Shown here: positions 11,891 through 13,468 of the stretch, piece by piece | Layout: every line of letters starts with the position of its first letter | How positions within the stretch are numbered: position 1 is the first letter of the stretch | DNA from: Opitutales bacterium | GTDB lineage: Bacteria > Verrucomicrobiota > Verrucomicrobiia > Opitutales > Coraliomargaritaceae | Assembly (NCBI GenBank): GCA_049598495.1 | Contig: JBMYNR010000042.1 | Span: 1-13,468 of the forward strand | Direction: 5' to 3' | DNA length: 13,468 nt | Translations under genes and position numbers: made by a program | Notes under the pieces: model-generated | Databases searched by the model: none | What the model saw: only the letters and a program-made list of their open reading frames with translations | Told to the model about the DNA's origin: nothing

Positions 11891-11924
11891 GCTTCTGAAT
11901 TCTACCTACTAACTTCTAACTCCT
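11890..11924 (-). repeat. Degenerate 7-nt tandem array (right arm), inverted relative to the left arm
   Basis: + strand AGCTTCT GAATTCT ACCTACT AACTTCT AACTCCT; reverse complement AGGAGTT AGAAGTT AGTAGGT AGAATTC AGAAGCT. Confidence 0.85.
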
Positions 11925-11931
11925 TTAAATT

Positions 11932-13419
11932 ATGGGTAAAGCAACTGGATTTTTAGAATACGAGCGCAAGACGATTGCGAACCGGGCCCCGCTCGAACGC
12001 GTCAAGGACTGGGACGAAATTCATGAACCGTTCAACGAAGAAAAGGTTCAGACACAGGGTGCCCGCTGTATGGACTGCGGTACGCCCTACTGCCACACAG
12101 GCCTTACCCTCGCTAACATGGCGAGTGGTTGTCCGATCAATAACCTGATCCCTGAATTCAATGATCTTGTCTATCAGGGCAAGTGGCATGACGCCTACGA
12201 ACGTCTCTCCAAGACAAACAACTTCCCGGAGTTTACCGGTCGTGTCTGCCCCGCTCCCTGCGAGGGTTCCTGTGTCCTCGGCGTGATCGAACCGCCGGTG
12301 ACAATTAAGAACATCGAGTGTTCGATTATCGACAAGGCCTGGAACGAAGGCTGGGTCGTGCCCGCTCCACCAAAAGAGCGCACCGGCAAGAAGGTCGCCG
12401 TCGTCGGCTCGGGCCCTGCTGGTCTGGCTGCAGCTGACCAGCTCAACAAGGCCGGACACCTCGTTACTGTATTCGAGCGCGCGGACCGTCCCGGCGGTCT
12501 GCTCATGTATGGTATCCCTAACATGAAGCTGGAAAAGGACGTCGTTACACGCCGCACTGAACTGATGGAAGCCGAGGGTGTGACCATCAAGTGTGGTGTC
12601 GAAATCGGGAAGGATATCTCCTCAAAGGAACTCATGAAAGAATTCGATTCGGTGGTTCTTTGCTGTGGCGCGACCAAGCCACGTGATCTACCCATTGAAG
12701 GGCGCGAGCTCGGCAACATCCGCTTTGCCATGGAGTTCCTCGGACCCAACACCAAGGAACTCTGGGACATCAAGGAAGGCAAAGCTGAACAGTTCAGCGA
12801 ACTGGCCAAGGGCAAGAACGTAGTCATCATAGGCGGTGGCGACACTGGCACCGACTGTGTCGGTACCTCACTCCGCCACGGTTGTAAGAGTGTGACACAA
12901 CTTGAGATCATGCCGAAGCCGCCCGAAGAGCGTGCTCCAAACAACCCGTGGCCGGAATGGCCAAAGACCTACAAGATGGACTACGGACAGGAAGAGGCCG
13001 CCGCGATTCAGGGAGAAGACCCGCGCCAATATCTGGTCACATCGAGCAAGTTTGAAGGCGATGCCGACGGTAACGTCAAGGCGGTCCACGTCCACAATAT
13101 CGAGTGGGAGAACGACAATGGTCGTTTCATCCCGAAAAAAGTCGAAGGCACGGAGCGTGTCCTAGAAGCGGAACTCGTGTTGCTCGCAATGGGTTTCCTA
13201 GGGCCCGAGGCCACCATTGCAGAGGAACTCGGTCTGGAGCTCGACGCCCGCTCGAATGTGCAGGCGGAATACGGCAAATTCACGACCAATATCGAGGGCG
13301 TTTTCTCGGCAGGCGACATGCGCCGCGGCCAGTCGCTTATTGTATGGGCGATCAATGAAGGCCGTGCCGCCGCCCGCGAGTGCGACCGCTACCTCATGGG
13401 CACGACTAAACTCCCCTAG
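11932..13419 (+). CDS. gltD: Glutamate synthase small (beta) subunit
   Basis: 495 aa. MGKATGF start; Fe-S Cys clusters [11 protein letters not shown]...GCP and [15 protein letters not shown]-binding [13 protein letters not shown](P)H-binding [12 protein letters not shown]-terminal [21 protein letters not shown]. Confidence 0.98.
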   Translation: MGKATGFLEYERKTIANRAPLERVKDWDEIHEPFNEEKVQTQGARCMDCGTPYCHTGLTLANMASGCPINNLIPEFNDLVYQGKWHDAYERLSKTNNFPEFTGRVCPAPCEGSCVLGVIEPPVTIKNIECSIIDKAWNEGWVVPAPPKERTGKKVAVVGSGPAGLAAADQLNKAGHLVTVFERADRPGGLLMYGIPNMKLEKDVVTRRTELMEAEGVTIKCGVEIGKDISSKELMKEFDSVVLCCGATKPRDLPIEGRELGNIRFAMEFLGPNTKELWDIKEGKAEQFSELAKGKNVVIIGGGDTGTDCVGTSLRHGCKSVTQLEIMPKPPEERAPNNPWPEWPKTYKMDYGQEEAAAIQGEDPRQYLVTSSKFEGDADGNVKAVHVHNIEWENDNGRFIPKKVEGTERVLEAELVLLAMGFLGPEATIAEELGLELDARSNVQAEYGKFTTNIEGVFSAGDMRRGQSLIVWAINEGRAAARECDRYLMGTTKLP

Positions 13420-13425
13420 TGTGGT

Positions 13426-13443
13426 GTCAGCGAAGTTCGCTAC
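13426..13443 (-). repeat. Partial third copy of the GTAG REP-like element
   Basis: Reverse complement GTAGCGAACTTCGCTGAC. AAGTTCGCTAC at 13433-13443 is identical to 4637-4647; it sits just after the gltD stop. Confidence 0.45.
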
Positions 13444-13468
13444 ATATTCTTTCGACTTTACCGAGTAT

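Noticed and set aside
11489..11931. 23S rRNA gene with an intervening sequence
   Set aside because: The flanks are the protein-coding genes gltB and gltD; no rRNA sequence is present.
12195..12944. 249-aa antisense ORF inside gltD (also 11953-12459 and 13008-13355)
   Set aside because: Ser/Pro/Arg-rich off-frame composition and complete overlap with gltD.

Overview
Bacterial chromosomal window of moderate-high GC. The gene content (DUF5069-like protein, CGWS glutaredoxin, IS1182 N-terminus style) suggests Verrucomicrobiota/Opitutales, by inference only. In order: a hypothetical gene (-), cardiolipin synthase (+), an orphan OppA-type peptide-binding lipoprotein (+), a ~660-bp convergent intergenic region, a PHP/HisJ-family histidinol-phosphatase (-), a DUF5069-like protein (+), a monothiol-like glutaredoxin (+) and the glutamate synthase operon gltB-gltD (+). 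The intergenic region holds a 14-bp tandem repeat, a frameshifted and truncated IS1182-family remnant with a duplicated end, and an inverted pair of GTAG-type REP-like hairpins with co-varying stems. The most striking feature is a low-GC four-helix-bundle gene (23S rRNA intervening-sequence protein/Avd-like) wedged between gltB and gltD. It is bracketed by two inverted arrays of 7-nt repeats and looks like a self-contained cassette that can fold into a stem-loop inside a housekeeping mRNA.
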